Sequence record: MT782071.1
DNA length: 64,000 nucleotides
Source: Escherichia phage JN02
Direction: 5' to 3' (one strand)
A program made the translations under genes and the position numbers. The notes under the pieces were generated by a model. The model searched no databases and had not been told where the DNA came from. It saw only the letters and a list, made by a program, of their open reading frames with translations. Positions 48,009 to 57,911 of the stretch are shown here, piece by piece. Within the stretch, counting starts at the first letter, position 1, and the number at the start of each line of letters is the position of its first letter.

Positions 48009-48365
48009 TTAACCCCGGAGTTTATTGAGCTCTTCATAATCAATCCAGGATTCTAGCCCTGAAGGCAGGTCACATTCAATGTTCCACAGAAGCTCTTCAA
48101 TGGCTTGCAGGCGATTATATTCTTCAACGGTAATGGTAACCATTGGTGCAACCGGTTCTGCCTTTTTAACCATCATATCGTTCATCAGGACGTAAAGGTC
48201 ATCACGAACGACAGTGTCGTTCCAACCCCATGATTTGGCTTCGTAAGCTAATGATGAAGGGAGCACATTTAAAACTTCAATAATAGTTGGAGCATCAGGA
48301 CCAAGTTCATTGGCACAAACTTCGTATACATCTTGGAAATCTTTAAGATTTAATGAATATGTCAT
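48009..48365 (-). CDS. hypothetical acidic protein
   Basis: 118-aa ORF. Confidence 0.35.
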   Translation of the reverse strand: MTYSLNLKDFQDVYEVCANELGPDAPTIIEVLNVLPSSLAYEAKSWGWNDTVVRDDLYVLMNDMMVKKAEPVAPMVTITVEEYNRLQAIEELLWNIECDLPSGLESWIDYEELNKLRG

Positions 48366-48643
48366 TTAAAATATTCTCGTAGTTGGTCAAATCCACCAAT
48401 ATGACTTCCATCAGGAGCAAACACTTGAGGCATAGTCAATCCGACTTGTGATTCACGTCCAAGCTTAACCAGAAGCTCAGCAATTTTCTCATCATCGAAC
48501 ACACCTTTTTCTGGCATAACATTAATGAATTCGAATGGCTGTTTCTTAACAGTCAGCAATCGTTTCGCATTATCACAATAAATGCATTTATGAATAGTAG
48601 AGTCATACCCGTACACTTTAAACATTATTTTTCCTTTCATCAA
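48362..48643 (-). CDS. nrdC: glutaredoxin/thioredoxin NrdC
   Basis: MFKVYGYDSTIHKCIYCDNAKRLL...GGFDQLREYFK matches T4 NrdC as recalled; start probably at MFKVYGY. Confidence 0.88.
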   Translation of the reverse strand: MMKGKIMFKVYGYDSTIHKCIYCDNAKRLLTVKKQPFEFINVMPEKGVFDDEKIAELLVKLGRESQVGLTMPQVFAPDGSHIGGFDQLREYFK

Positions 48644-49031
48644 TTAAATATGCAACGCCAAATACAATACATGTAATAAAACCTGTGATACAGATAGAAA
48701 CCAACAACACTGTACCAAAGAACCAAATCAAGTTATCTTTAGTAGTTTGTTTGATATCCATCTCACGAATTTCTATAGCTATCGTATCACCTTTATTCAG
48801 AAGCGTATAAAATGATGGAGATACACGCCTGTCAAAAACTCGTCCTTGCTCATCTTTATAGACTGCAATAAATTCTAATTTAGAATATTTTCCTGTAGAT
48901 TGGCCTGAGATTAATTCCACTACCTCCACAGGAATTACTTTAGTTTCCATGTAAGTATTCTGGCTGTTCCAAATGAATGGAATAATAGCAAAAACTAAAG
49001 CTGCGATAAAACAACGAAGGCTATATCTCAT
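48618..49031 (-). CDS. membrane protein
   Basis: 137 aa; N- and C-terminal hydrophobic helices. Confidence 0.4.
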   Translation of the reverse strand: MRYSLRCFIAALVFAIIPFIWNSQNTYMETKVIPVEVVELISGQSTGKYSKLEFIAVYKDEQGRVFDRRVSPSFYTLLNKGDTIAIEIREMDIKQTTKDNLIWFFGTVLLVSICITGFITCIVFGVAYLIDERKNNV

Positions 49032-49336
49032 TATAATGTTCTCTCAAATTTGTGGAAGCATTTACGGCATTTCAATTTCAAGTTATCAGTAGTCCAGTTA
49101 ACCAGTTGGACTTGGATAGTTCCACATTCCGGGCATGGATGTTTTGCTGCCGATTTGGCAGCATTTTCACGTCGTTCAACCATTTTCATGATTTCGTTCC
49201 ATACCGGAGGAACGAACTCTTCTTCACCGTGGATTTTATCTCGCTGAACAAATTCAATCTTTGAACTATCGTCAATAAACTTAACCAAGCCATGATTAGT
49301 GCTCATATCAATATCCTCTAAAAGACGTAGTTTCAT
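49031..49336 (-). CDS. zinc-ribbon protein
   Basis: 101 aa; CPECG...CRKC. Confidence 0.4.
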   Translation of the reverse strand: MKLRLLEDIDMSTNHGLVKFIDDSSKIEFVQRDKIHGEEEFVPPVWNEIMKMVERRENAAKSAAKHPCPECGTIQVQLVNWTTDNLKLKCRKCFHKFERTL

Positions 49337-50286
49337 TATAACACCTCAATGGCATTTCGTAAACCATCCGCTTTTGCATTCAGAGCTTTTAATGATTTAG
49401 TTTGTTCTGCAATCTGGGCTTCGACTTCTTTCAGACGAGATTTGAGATATTCGCGTTCTTCTCTTAAGTTATCAACTTTTTCTACTTTAGGTTCTTTAAT
49501 AGACTTAGGTTTATACGTATTAGGGTTCTTCAGCTTAATTTTAATACGAGAACTGAATAACATTGAACCGTTATCTTCGGTTTCGTCATACATTTCTACT
49601 ACGTCCATGATTTTTAACATCATACGAAGTTTATAAGACAGCGAACGAACGGTTTTGTTGTGCTTATTAATTTCTTCGGCTTTCATTGTACCGAGATTAC
49701 GTGAGTAGTAATAAGGAACCTGGATATCAATTGACAATGATGCGTTACCATTGCCAGTTGGTTTGAATACTGCAGTAACCCAATCCTTAACATGAACCGT
49801 ATTTGTACGGTCATCGCCGCCTGTGAATAATTTACGTGAATGTTTAAAAAGCATATTCACTTGGTTATTGAATTCACACGCAAATTTATCAGCAAATTTA
49901 GTTTCAGGAATGGTAGATAACCAATCAGCTAAATGAGTCTTTTTAACATCGTTAATAATAGTAAATTCAACCAAATCAGTTTTAGATGTCACAGATTTAA
50001 TAAAGCTTGGCTTCATAAAGTTTTTAATGTTATCACGAGCCACAGTAGAAGATAATAAACGAGAACGTTTAAACCATTGAAGCAGCGTCCCTAATGAATG
50101 AGAATACGCATTCTGAGTATCTTTACAGATATGATTTTCTTGACCTGTGTATGTACCAAAATCTCTAAGAATACCACTTACTACATTTCGGTGTGGAACA
50201 TCAAATCCTAATGAACCGGAAGCACGTTGGGCATGAACGTTAGCGATAAGACCTGCAAAATAATCAATGTAATGTGAACGTGTCAT
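49336..50286 (-). CDS. hypothetical protein with C-terminal coiled coil
   Basis: 316 aa; C-terminal heptad-rich segment LREEREYLKSRLKEVEAQIAEQTKSLKAL. Confidence 0.4.
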   Translation of the reverse strand: MTRSHYIDYFAGLIANVHAQRASGSLGFDVPHRNVVSGILRDFGTYTGQENHICKDTQNAYSHSLGTLLQWFKRSRLLSSTVARDNIKNFMKPSFIKSVTSKTDLVEFTIINDVKKTHLADWLSTIPETKFADKFACEFNNQVNMLFKHSRKLFTGGDDRTNTVHVKDWVTAVFKPTGNGNASLSIDIQVPYYYSRNLGTMKAEEINKHNKTVRSLSYKLRMMLKIMDVVEMYDETEDNGSMLFSSRIKIKLKNPNTYKPKSIKEPKVEKVDNLREEREYLKSRLKEVEAQIAEQTKSLKALNAKADGLRNAIEVL

Positions 50287-50300
50287 AATATTTTCCTCTC

Positions 50301-50346
50301 GTTAAGATAGAAAGATTATACTCCAACCATCCTTGGTTGTAAACTG
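50301..50346 (-). repeat. 46-bp promoter cassette, copy 2 (near-identical to 8908..8954)
   Basis: same 46-mer gttaagatagaaagattatactccaaccatccttggttgtaaactg; early promoter with inverted repeat. Confidence 0.6.
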
Positions 50347-50348
50347 AT

Positions 50349-51284
50349 TTATGGTTTTAATGCATTCATTGCGTTAAAAAGTTTAGAGTACTGCAACTGG
50401 AGCTTGGTAACTACTTGTTGAGCATCACGAAGCTTAGCTTGTGCTTTGTCAAGTTCAACAGACAGTTGGTCCATAGTGGCCTTGATTTGATTATAATAGT
50501 AATCTTCGGCAGGAAGAAGACCGTTAGAGATTTCCAGTTTAGTCGACGGTGAAGTGTATATAGATGGAGCAGTAAAATATGCACCTAGAACTTCAGCATT
50601 GCCAATTGGGGTTGCAGTAATTGACGCTTCGAAATTTGCATTTTCCTTTTTAAGATTTTGATAGTATTCAGAGTCTTTGTGCCACCATGGCGCAGGAACC
50701 TTTTTACCAATAGATACACGGGCCTGGATAGCGATATGGCCCTTATTCTTGATAGGGTTGATAATATTAAGCTCACGAGAATAAATTGCTTTAATCTGGT
50801 GAATATTATCACCTAACACTTCCAACGCTTGGTGGAATACACGAGCAACGTTATCATTCTTAGGTTTATACGTAAGAGTGAACTCGTTCTCACTGATAAC
50901 CATGATTTCTAACTTATCGTAAGTATATTTCAAATGTTTCATGTTAATTGCTTGAGGACGAATACGAGAAGCAATGGCCATCAGATTGTTAAGGTTATTC
51001 CGGAACTGCTTAGCGAAATATTGTCCTTCACCGCCAATACAAAAATTACGAAGTTTCTGTTTGGCTAATAAACGGCTGAACTCACCATTTTTAATGAACT
51101 CTTTAACGGGTGTGTTAGTAACGCATTCAAATTGAGTAAACTTACGAGAAGTAATCCCATAATATGAACAGATTTCCTCAATCTCTTCAGGAGTCTTTAC
51201 AGGCATACGGATAGGATTAGGACCTGGAGTATATGCGTTCGAGGTAAATTCTTTGATAAGTTCTCTACGTGTAATAAAAGCCAT
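50349..51284 (-). CDS. hypothetical protein with C-terminal coiled coil
   Basis: 311 aa; C-terminal MDQLSVELDKAQAKLRDAQQVVTKLQLQ. Confidence 0.4.
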   Translation of the reverse strand: MAFITRRELIKEFTSNAYTPGPNPIRMPVKTPEEIEEICSYYGITSRKFTQFECVTNTPVKEFIKNGEFSRLLAKQKLRNFCIGGEGQYFAKQFRNNLNNLMAIASRIRPQAINMKHLKYTYDKLEIMVISENEFTLTYKPKNDNVARVFHQALEVLGDNIHQIKAIYSRELNIINPIKNKGHIAIQARVSIGKKVPAPWWHKDSEYYQNLKKENANFEASITATPIGNAEVLGAYFTAPSIYTSPSTKLEISNGLLPAEDYYYNQIKATMDQLSVELDKAQAKLRDAQQVVTKLQLQYSKLFNAMNALKP

Positions 51285-51310
51285 TTTATATTCCTCATGT
51301 TGAAAAATTT

Positions 51311-51340
51311 ATTATACTCCAACCATCCTTGGTTGTACAT
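51311..51340 (-). promoter_or_regulatory. early promoter with inverted repeat (variant of the 46-bp cassette)
   Basis: attatactccaaccatccttggttgtaca; minus-strand -35 GTTGTACA-like, -10 TATAAT. Confidence 0.45.
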
Positions 51341-52335
51341 CATTCCTTAAGAAGTTTTACTACCTGAATAAGATTAGCTCGTTCTGTTTTATTTTTACTG
51401 TTTAAGCCTGCTAATCGTGAGATTTCATCGTCAGTCTGTTGAATAGTTACATTAAGTTCGTTAATCAAAGCTTCAAAGTATTTGATTTGCTCAGCATGTT
51501 TTGATTCAAATTTCTGAACCGGAATAACGTCTTGGTTCAGTTCATCAATAAGGTCTTTAAGAGCATCTTCTTGGTTGATATCATATTCAACTTCTTTTAT
51601 TTCTTCAACGAGCTCGTCTTTATATCTAACGTCTTTTAGTCCTGGAGCTGGTCCTGAAATCTCTTCTTTAAGAGTACAAACATATACATTACGGTATCTA
51701 ATGCCGTCTCGCTTGATATCAACTTCGTCAATAAATCCACAATGTTTAAGTCCAGAGCCGATTATGTCAAAATATCCTTGACGTTGTCCTTCAAACGTTA
51801 CACGAACTACTAAGACAGTTTTGCCACCAACCTTTTGAAGCTCACATTTATAAAAGTCTGTTGAACCTGAATAACGTGGATGAGTTTTAAAGTTCATCTG
51901 ACGATCTAGGCCCATTTGTAAGCGTGCTGATACGGCCATAAAACGTGTTTGGTTCTCGTTAAGATGAGCAACAATCCGTTTCAAAGGCATTTTACCCTGT
52001 TCACGACCGAACAAATCAGTACGTCCTAGATTACGCAGGATGTTGTTAGAGTTAATCATCGACAGAACGTTAAGTTTATTCAGCGCGCTGAAGATTCCAT
52101 CGGCCATTGATTTTCCGTAACCTTTACACGCTTTAATAAGCGCTCGCGGTAGATTAGTATAGATTTCAGACGGCATATGAAAATCAAATTTACTAGTCAA
52201 TAATTGATGAACTTGGATAGCAATTTGCTCATAATTAAGTGCTCTGCGATCGTTATGGTCTTTAAACCACACTTTAATCTGTGAAGCACATAAACCGTTA
52301 ATTTCATGTTTTACCGCATCAGATGTAATGCTCAT
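51340..52335 (-). CDS. hypothetical protein with C-terminal coiled coil
   Basis: 331 aa; C-terminal IKYFEALINELNVTIQQTDDEISRLAGL. Confidence 0.4.
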   Translation of the reverse strand: MSITSDAVKHEINGLCASQIKVWFKDHNDRRALNYEQIAIQVHQLLTSKFDFHMPSEIYTNLPRALIKACKGYGKSMADGIFSALNKLNVLSMINSNNILRNLGRTDLFGREQGKMPLKRIVAHLNENQTRFMAVSARLQMGLDRQMNFKTHPRYSGSTDFYKCELQKVGGKTVLVVRVTFEGQRQGYFDIIGSGLKHCGFIDEVDIKRDGIRYRNVYVCTLKEEISGPAPGLKDVRYKDELVEEIKEVEYDINQEDALKDLIDELNQDVIPVQKFESKHAEQIKYFEALINELNVTIQQTDDEISRLAGLNSKNKTERANLIQVVKLLKE

Positions 52336-52397
52336 AACTATTTCCTCAGATTGAATTGGAACTCAGAACCATTATAACCCGTCCTTGGGTAAAGCGT

Positions 52398-52925
52398 TTA
52401 TGCGTGAACCGTCTTTAAACGTTCTTCAAATTTCCGAAGAGTACTAATACGTTCTGCTTTCTGTTTTGTATAGTTTGCAATACGTTCTGAAGTGAGAGCG
52501 TATCGTTCATTTACTGTTTCTTTCATGAAGTCAGGGATTTCACGAGAAGCTTTAATTTCATCAAACTTATCGAGTACTGCCTGGTCTTCAGCGATTAAAT
52601 TTTCGTACATCTCGATATCTTTCTTGATAAACTCGATATCTTCCTGGGTTACTTTGGATAAACGAGATGCTTTATCCTTTTTGTACTGCTCGTTAGTTTC
52701 ACGAGACCAGAATAATGTACGTTTTTTGTTAGTGTTTTTGTAGACTTCCACAATTCCAACTGAATCGATGATAACAATCCAATTCCAACGAGATTTGAAA
52801 ATCTGACCTCCGTCCACGGTAATCTCGTTACCATAAGCAACGTCATTAAAGAACTTGCTTTGTGCTTCAGATTTAAATTTACCGTCGTTATAATTTACCA
52901 GGTTGAAAATATCTTTAGCGTTCAT
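52398..52925 (-). CDS. hypothetical protein
   Basis: 175-aa ORF with GGAGGT RBS. Confidence 0.4.
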   Translation of the reverse strand: MNAKDIFNLVNYNDGKFKSEAQSKFFNDVAYGNEITVDGGQIFKSRWNWIVIIDSVGIVEVYKNTNKKRTLFWSRETNEQYKKDKASRLSKVTQEDIEFIKKDIEMYENLIAEDQAVLDKFDEIKASREIPDFMKETVNERYALTSERIANYTKQKAERISTLRKFEERLKTVHA

Positions 52926-52930
52926 GTTTT

Positions 52931-52981
52931 ACCTCCAGTAGTTGATAGGTCTATAATAACATAACCATAGACCTTGTAAAC
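52931..52981 (-). promoter_or_regulatory. early promoter with inverted repeat around -10
   Basis: minus strand GTTTAC, spacer, TATTAT; IR aggtctat/atagacct. Confidence 0.45.
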
Positions 52982-52983
52982 AA

Positions 52984-53271
52984 CTAAAAGAAACTTTTTT
53001 CGGTATTTTTTCCACTGAACCAAACCGACTTCGGGACTTTCTGTAATTTTTCGGATTTAAGTTTCTCTTCCTGTTCTTTCTTATATGCATCCTTGTCGTA
53101 CTGGAACAACTCTAGGGCATTCTTTTGCAGACGGTCTAAGGTAATTAAGGCTTTAGTTTTTCCTTTCAAGGAAGAGTCCTGGCGAACCTCCTCGCTATAT
53201 TGCATCGTAGAACTAACCATACGATGAGCATACAGTTCAACTGCGGCTTTAATTTTTTGCATAAAATCCAT
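52984..53271 (-). CDS. hypothetical protein
   Basis: 95-aa ORF. Confidence 0.35.
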   Translation of the reverse strand: MDFMQKIKAAVELYAHRMVSSTMQYSEEVRQDSSLKGKTKALITLDRLQKNALELFQYDKDAYKKEQEEKLKSEKLQKVPKSVWFSGKNTEKSFF

Positions 53272-53409
53272 AACATATCCTCTTTGATTTGTACACCATT
53301 ATTTTTAAATATTTCTATGCCCTCAGTAGGTTCCTGGTGTCCTTCTTTGAGGTAAGCCATATGATTATTCATCTTTATGGCTTTTGTTACCTCAGAACTT
53401 CCTATAAGC

Positions 53410-54411
53410 TTATTTCAGTAAAGTTACTTCAGAGATTTCCTCCCAACCATCTTTATCAGTTGAAATAAAATCTGCTACATAAAGAGCCGTACGTAATGAT
53501 ACGTTGCGAAGACGAGATACGTTAGCCTTCATCCAGGACAATGCTTTATACGTTTCTGCATCTGTCAGACCACGTTTCTGCATCATGTCAGTAGATAATA
53601 TTACATCTTCAACTCGAACCATAATCTCTTCATTAGAGTGTACTCCAAGGTCGAGATACACTGAACGAGATACTAAAGCTTGAAGGTGTGGAGCAAGCTT
53701 CGAACCGCGTTCTAACTCTTTATCGATATCAACGTTTGTAATGAAAACGATAGTACCTTCAAACTCAAATTCTTTATCAATACCCTTATCATCGAGATAA
53801 GATGACGCAGTGCTCCAACAAACTTTGCGTTTATCTCCGGTATCTAATGCTGCTTTAAGAAGGTTCAAGATGTCCATATCTGAGAATACGTCAACGTCGT
53901 CGATTAAGAGAACGCTATCTGCATCACGGTTGAGCCAAAGTTGTTCGTAAAGGCCAATACCAGAGATTTTACCATTAATGCTTTTGTATTTGATGAAACC
54001 ATTATCGTTAGCATTATTAAGTGCTTTATCCAGAGAATACGTCTTACCAATACCAGCTGCACCTGAAATAATGAGTGAACGAATTTTGCCATCGATAATG
54101 CCATTCGTCATCATGTTCATTACTTTAAAGCGTTTGTTGATACGAGTTTTCATATCTTCAGTGCTTTCAACAACTGCAACTGGTGATGTCTCAACTCCTT
54201 CCATTACGATGTCTGATTTGAAGACCCATACTCCACGTTCAGAACCATCAATCATAACGAAAATTTTACCATCACCTAAGTGGGAACATTCAGGATTAAG
54301 CTTTGCCGGGAACCAGGTCTTTGTAGCAACATAAGAACCAGAGATTTCGTTATTACGATAGATACCTTTTTTGATTTGAACGTTGAACATTTTATTCTCC
54401 AATTTACTCAT
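53410..54411 (-). CDS. P-loop ATPase (AAA-like)
   Basis: 333 aa; Walker A GAAGIGKTY, Walker B VLLIDDVD. Confidence 0.5.
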   Translation of the reverse strand: MSKLENKMFNVQIKKGIYRNNEISGSYVATKTWFPAKLNPECSHLGDGKIFVMIDGSERGVWVFKSDIVMEGVETSPVAVVESTEDMKTRINKRFKVMNMMTNGIIDGKIRSLIISGAAGIGKTYSLDKALNNANDNGFIKYKSINGKISGIGLYEQLWLNRDADSVLLIDDVDVFSDMDILNLLKAALDTGDKRKVCWSTASSYLDDKGIDKEFEFEGTIVFITNVDIDKELERGSKLAPHLQALVSRSVYLDLGVHSNEEIMVRVEDVILSTDMMQKRGLTDAETYKALSWMKANVSRLRNVSLRTALYVADFISTDKDGWEEISEVTLLK

Positions 54412-54508
54412 TTCGTTTCGATAGGTCTATAATAACATATCCTAAAAGCATGTACACTACTTTTTAAAAATATTTTAACCCCCTAAAGGGACCCGAAGGT
54501 CCCCATAT

Positions 54509-54775
54509 TTACTTATCGCACTTAGCAACATAATTAGGCATATCACAGAATACGGAGCGAGTAACTACTCGTCCCTTTGACCATGCTTCAGTTGCTTGTC
54601 CAGCCGTGCTATTAATATAGCTTGATTTAATGTTCTCAATACCCTGAGAATGTGATGCATTTACAGAACCATTAGAAGGTCCAGAAGACTGGTTACCACC
54701 AGCTCCTGCACCCGTGGTAGCACCAACAGAGAATGCCATCATTACTGCGAATAAACCAATTACTAATTTTTTCAT
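54509..54775 (-). CDS. secreted/periplasmic small protein
   Basis: 88 aa with N-terminal signal peptide MKKLVIGLFAVMMAFSVGA. Confidence 0.4.
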   Translation of the reverse strand: MKKLVIGLFAVMMAFSVGATTGAGAGGNQSSGPSNGSVNASHSQGIENIKSSYINSTAGQATEAWSKGRVVTRSVFCDMPNYVAKCDK

Positions 54776-54806
54776 ATTTACCTCAAGTTAAGGGTTATTT
54801 ATCTAC

Positions 54807-55796
54807 TTATTTATAGTAAGAATTATGATTTTCGAGATAGACTTGTTCAAGGAAGTCATCCCAGAAACTCATATCTACTTTTTGTTGCATACCGTTCTTG
54901 GCAGCTTGTTCTGACGCATGTTCAACTTGGTCAACGATATCTTCTAGGAATTCTTGTACAGTTTTAAACGTATGTTTACCAAGCTTAACATCAAGAATAA
55001 ATGGAGCATCCTGAAGTGGGTAAACCAGGTCGCCTGTTTTGTAAATTTCTAATAATTGAAGTCCACCACGACATGCATGACTCAATGCTTTCCAGTCAAT
55101 ACCTTCATTAGCTTCTGCCTTACGAGCACGTTCGCCATAGTTCTCTTCTAGTTTAACAAGGATGGCATTGAACTCTTTATTGGTTAACGTGTCTTGGAAT
55201 TTACGGTCCAACAGATTATAGAATGTTTGCTTACCTGTTTTCTCGTTTTCGGTTTCAACCCATGAAGCAAATTCACCTACAGGCAGAACATTCTTCATAT
55301 GTGATAAACGAATTACTGCACCATTATCAAAGTATTGTCCCCATTCATTAGAACGTTTAAGGGCTTGACGAAGAATAGCCAGTCGAGAACCCTTGACACC
55401 ATATTTAGAAGCTTGCTTACGGACATACCCTAAATAAGATTTCATGTTAGTGGTATAGAAGCGAGACCTGTTATCTTGAATATACTTCCATACATCAGGC
55501 AAATCAGATTTAACTACTAGACTTTGTGGAGTGTGAAGCATATCTAATGCGACTGTTTCACCATCTGCAGCTAGTTTAAAGAAATATTTGAGACTATACA
55601 ACTCATGGTCAACGTCGTCTTTTGTGTTCTTAGAAGACGTGTTATTCGTGTTCTTGCTCATATGTTCTTTAACGTTACCGGTCAAGATATCACGAGCATG
55701 AGGGACGTAAATTTCTTTAAAATCGACGTCCGATTCAGGAGTAGACGTTCCATAAAGGTGACTACCAAAGTAGCCTTTCATAATTGTTTTCATCAT
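54807..55796 (-). CDS. predicted nucleotidyltransferase (Pol-beta superfamily)
   Basis: 329 aa; N-terminal GSHLYGTSTPESDVDF resembles the hG[GS]...D-x-D nucleotidyltransferase motif. Confidence 0.45.
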   Translation of the reverse strand: MMKTIMKGYFGSHLYGTSTPESDVDFKEIYVPHARDILTGNVKEHMSKNTNNTSSKNTKDDVDHELYSLKYFFKLAADGETVALDMLHTPQSLVVKSDLPDVWKYIQDNRSRFYTTNMKSYLGYVRKQASKYGVKGSRLAILRQALKRSNEWGQYFDNGAVIRLSHMKNVLPVGEFASWVETENEKTGKQTFYNLLDRKFQDTLTNKEFNAILVKLEENYGERARKAEANEGIDWKALSHACRGGLQLLEIYKTGDLVYPLQDAPFILDVKLGKHTFKTVQEFLEDIVDQVEHASEQAAKNGMQQKVDMSFWDDFLEQVYLENHNSYYK

Positions 55797-56266
55797 TTAG
55801 CCTTATATTCAAGAGTAGGACAGATTTTTTCTTTACGAGCTTTAAGGTATTCACCTATTAATGATTTCTTACGTTCAATAGGCTCAAGTCCATTTTTAAT
55901 TCGTTCTTGGTTTTGTGCAATGAGCTCAATTTCTTTATAATATTTTCTGTCGTTATATTTGTCTAACAACCAAGACGGGCCAATTACCAACCCGGTAGCA
56001 ATAAAAGCCATGACTGCTACCATTAAAATGCCTACGCCAATTGAGGCCGGAACTAATGTCCATAGACTGCTAAAAACAAAGAATCTAGTTAAAAATTCCT
56101 GGCCAATGATTACGACTGCTGCTAAAATAGCAAATCCAATAATTGAAACAGCCAATACTGGGATTAACGTTTTCCAAAAATAAGCACACAACGTTTTCGG
56201 ACGATTCCATGTACTATTGAACATGGCATAAATTTTAAAGTGCCAAGAGTTTTCATTGATAATCAT
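55793..56266 (-). CDS. integral membrane protein
   Basis: 157 aa; multiple hydrophobic helices. Confidence 0.4.
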   Translation of the reverse strand: MIINENSWHFKIYAMFNSTWNRPKTLCAYFWKTLIPVLAVSIIGFAILAAVVIIGQEFLTRFFVFSSLWTLVPASIGVGILMVAVMAFIATGLVIGPSWLLDKYNDRKYYKEIELIAQNQERIKNGLEPIERKKSLIGEYLKARKEKICPTLEYKAK

Positions 56267-56275
56267 AATAATTCC

Positions 56276-56818
56276 TTATTTCAAAGTCGGGATAATAGAA
56301 TCAAGATAAGCTTTAAGAGCAACTGCTTCATTTTTGTCTAATGTAATGATATGTTGACGAAGGTCGTCAATTTGGCGAATAACTACGACATCACCGTCTT
56401 CATAAGAAGGATTAACTCCCAGGACTGTTGTATAATCAGGGCGGTCCTGATTTGTAATAAAAGCATTACGGCATTTAGCCCATTGAAGTTTGGCCTTTTT
56501 GGCTGTTTCAGATTCCATGAATTCTTTCACTTTAGCGACGAATGTTTTCCAATTATTAATAGAAAAACATTCGTCTTCAGTTTCGATATTAACCCCACTA
56601 TAAAGTCCGTGATAAAAACGAACTTGAAGGTCTTCATTAATGTTAATTACAGATGCATGGCCGGGTGGATTGAGTTTCAAAATCTTGTCCAGTTCCATAG
56701 GAAGAATAGTGACCGCATCATCTTCTTGTGTCAGAACATACACATGGCCACGTTTTTCGATACATAAATCACCAAACAACTCGGTCGTTTCAATTACAGT
56801 TTTCATATTATTCACCAA
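56276..56818 (-). CDS. hypothetical protein
   Basis: 180-aa ORF; likely start at the internal MKTVIE Met. Confidence 0.4.
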   Translation of the reverse strand: MVNNMKTVIETTELFGDLCIEKRGHVYVLTQEDDAVTILPMELDKILKLNPPGHASVININEDLQVRFYHGLYSGVNIETEDECFSINNWKTFVAKVKEFMESETAKKAKLQWAKCRNAFITNQDRPDYTTVLGVNPSYEDGDVVVIRQIDDLRQHIITLDKNEAVALKAYLDSIIPTLK

Positions 56819-56987
56819 TTAAAGTTTCGACAAAATTCACCAAAGCATTCTGGCAAGCATCAACCTGATTTTCATAAAAGTCTACGTTATCATTTACCGC
56901 ATGATAAGCTACATCATTCAAATCTGAATCGGCTTCACGTAAGTCATGGATAAGGTCCATCAATTTATTAGCTTGTTCACGGGTCAT
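56808..56987 (-). CDS. hypothetical acidic small protein (about 58 aa), below the ORF-track cutoff
   Basis: MTREQANKLMDLIHDLREADSDLNDVAYHAVNDNVDFYENQVDACQNALVNFVETLIGE. Confidence 0.3.
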   Translation of the reverse strand: MTREQANKLMDLIHDLREADSDLNDVAYHAVNDNVDFYENQVDACQNALVNFVETLIGE

Positions 56988-57151
56988 TTTACCATACTCG
57001 TTTCAATAAGATTCACTATGCCGTTTACCATGTTATAAGTAAACATCGGATAATTGTATTGTACTACAACATAAGCGATAAGCAAAAGTTTCATTTTGTT
57101 CTCCATTTGTTTTGGTAGGATTACTATATCATAGACCTACCAAGACGTAAA

Positions 57152-57442
57152 CTACCGATTGTGTTTTAAAATGCTATAAAGAGCTTCTACTTGGCTTGCA
57201 TCCAGGTAAATAACATCATCATCTTGCTCAATGGAAATCCCACCAGTATTACCTGCAACAAAATTACATTCGCATACTTCAACTGGGCGGTATACGTCAC
57301 CAACTGGATGCTCAGGTTCCAGAACAATCACACCATTTTCAAAATTACCACTTGGGTCATACAACATTACAGTTTCCTCGCTAACCATGAAAAGAATAAA
57401 CCAATTAAAACAGGCCCTATAGCCATTGTTAACCAAGCCCAA
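57152..57442 (-). CDS. hypothetical protein
   Basis: 96-aa ORF. Confidence 0.35.
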   Translation of the reverse strand: MGLVNNGYRACFNWFILFMVSEETVMLYDPSGNFENGVIVLEPEHPVGDVYRPVEVCECNFVAGNTGGISIEQDDDVIYLDASQVEALYSILKHNR

Positions 57443-57458
57443 GGTTCAAGATAGTAAA

Positions 57459-57650
57459 TCATCTCATGCTCCTGTGCCAACAGTTTCTTGGTTCACGTTT
57501 AAAAATTTCATCACGCATTGATTGACAACCAACACAAAACATCACTACCATATCATCTTCAGCGCTTTCAGGTAAAAGTTCAAGTACACCGTCTTCAGAT
57601 TTTCCAGTATAATCGTAAAGCATAATATCCTCACATAATCTCGTTAACAT
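57459..57650 (-). CDS. hypothetical Cys-containing small protein
   Basis: 63-aa ORF. Confidence 0.3.
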   Translation of the reverse strand: MLTRLCEDIMLYDYTGKSEDGVLELLPESAEDDMVVMFCVGCQSMRDEIFKREPRNCWHRSMR

Positions 57651-57849
57651 ACATTTGCAATTCGGTGTGGGCTTCGGCCATCTTTTTCATAGCTCTGTTA
57701 ATGTCGATGTCTCCATCTTCGCAACCATGAGCATTTTCCCAATCAGACACCGCATTAGCGTACTCTTCAATCAAAAACATCAACTTAGAAATCTTTTCTT
57801 TACGTGTCATAACGTTCTCCTCTAGTAAGTAAAGACTACTATAACACAA
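57631..57849 (-). CDS. hypothetical small protein
   Basis: likely start at the internal MTRKEK (57810) with GAGGAGAA RBS, since the promoter cassette 57811..57866 overlaps the annotated N-terminus. Confidence 0.35.
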   Translation of the reverse strand: MCYSSLYLLEENVMTRKEKISKLMFLIEEYANAVSDWENAHGCEDGDIDINRAMKKMAEAHTELQMYVNEIM

Positions 57850-57875
57850 CCTGAGGAGAAGTAAACTGCTAAATG

Positions 57876-57905
57876 CAAAAAAGCCCCAACCGTAAGGAAG
57901 GGGCT
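57876..57905 (-). terminator. rho-independent terminator downstream of rI
   Basis: minus strand AGCCCC...GGGGCT stem followed by TTTTTTGCATTT. Confidence 0.55.
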
Positions 57906-57911
57906 AGTAAA

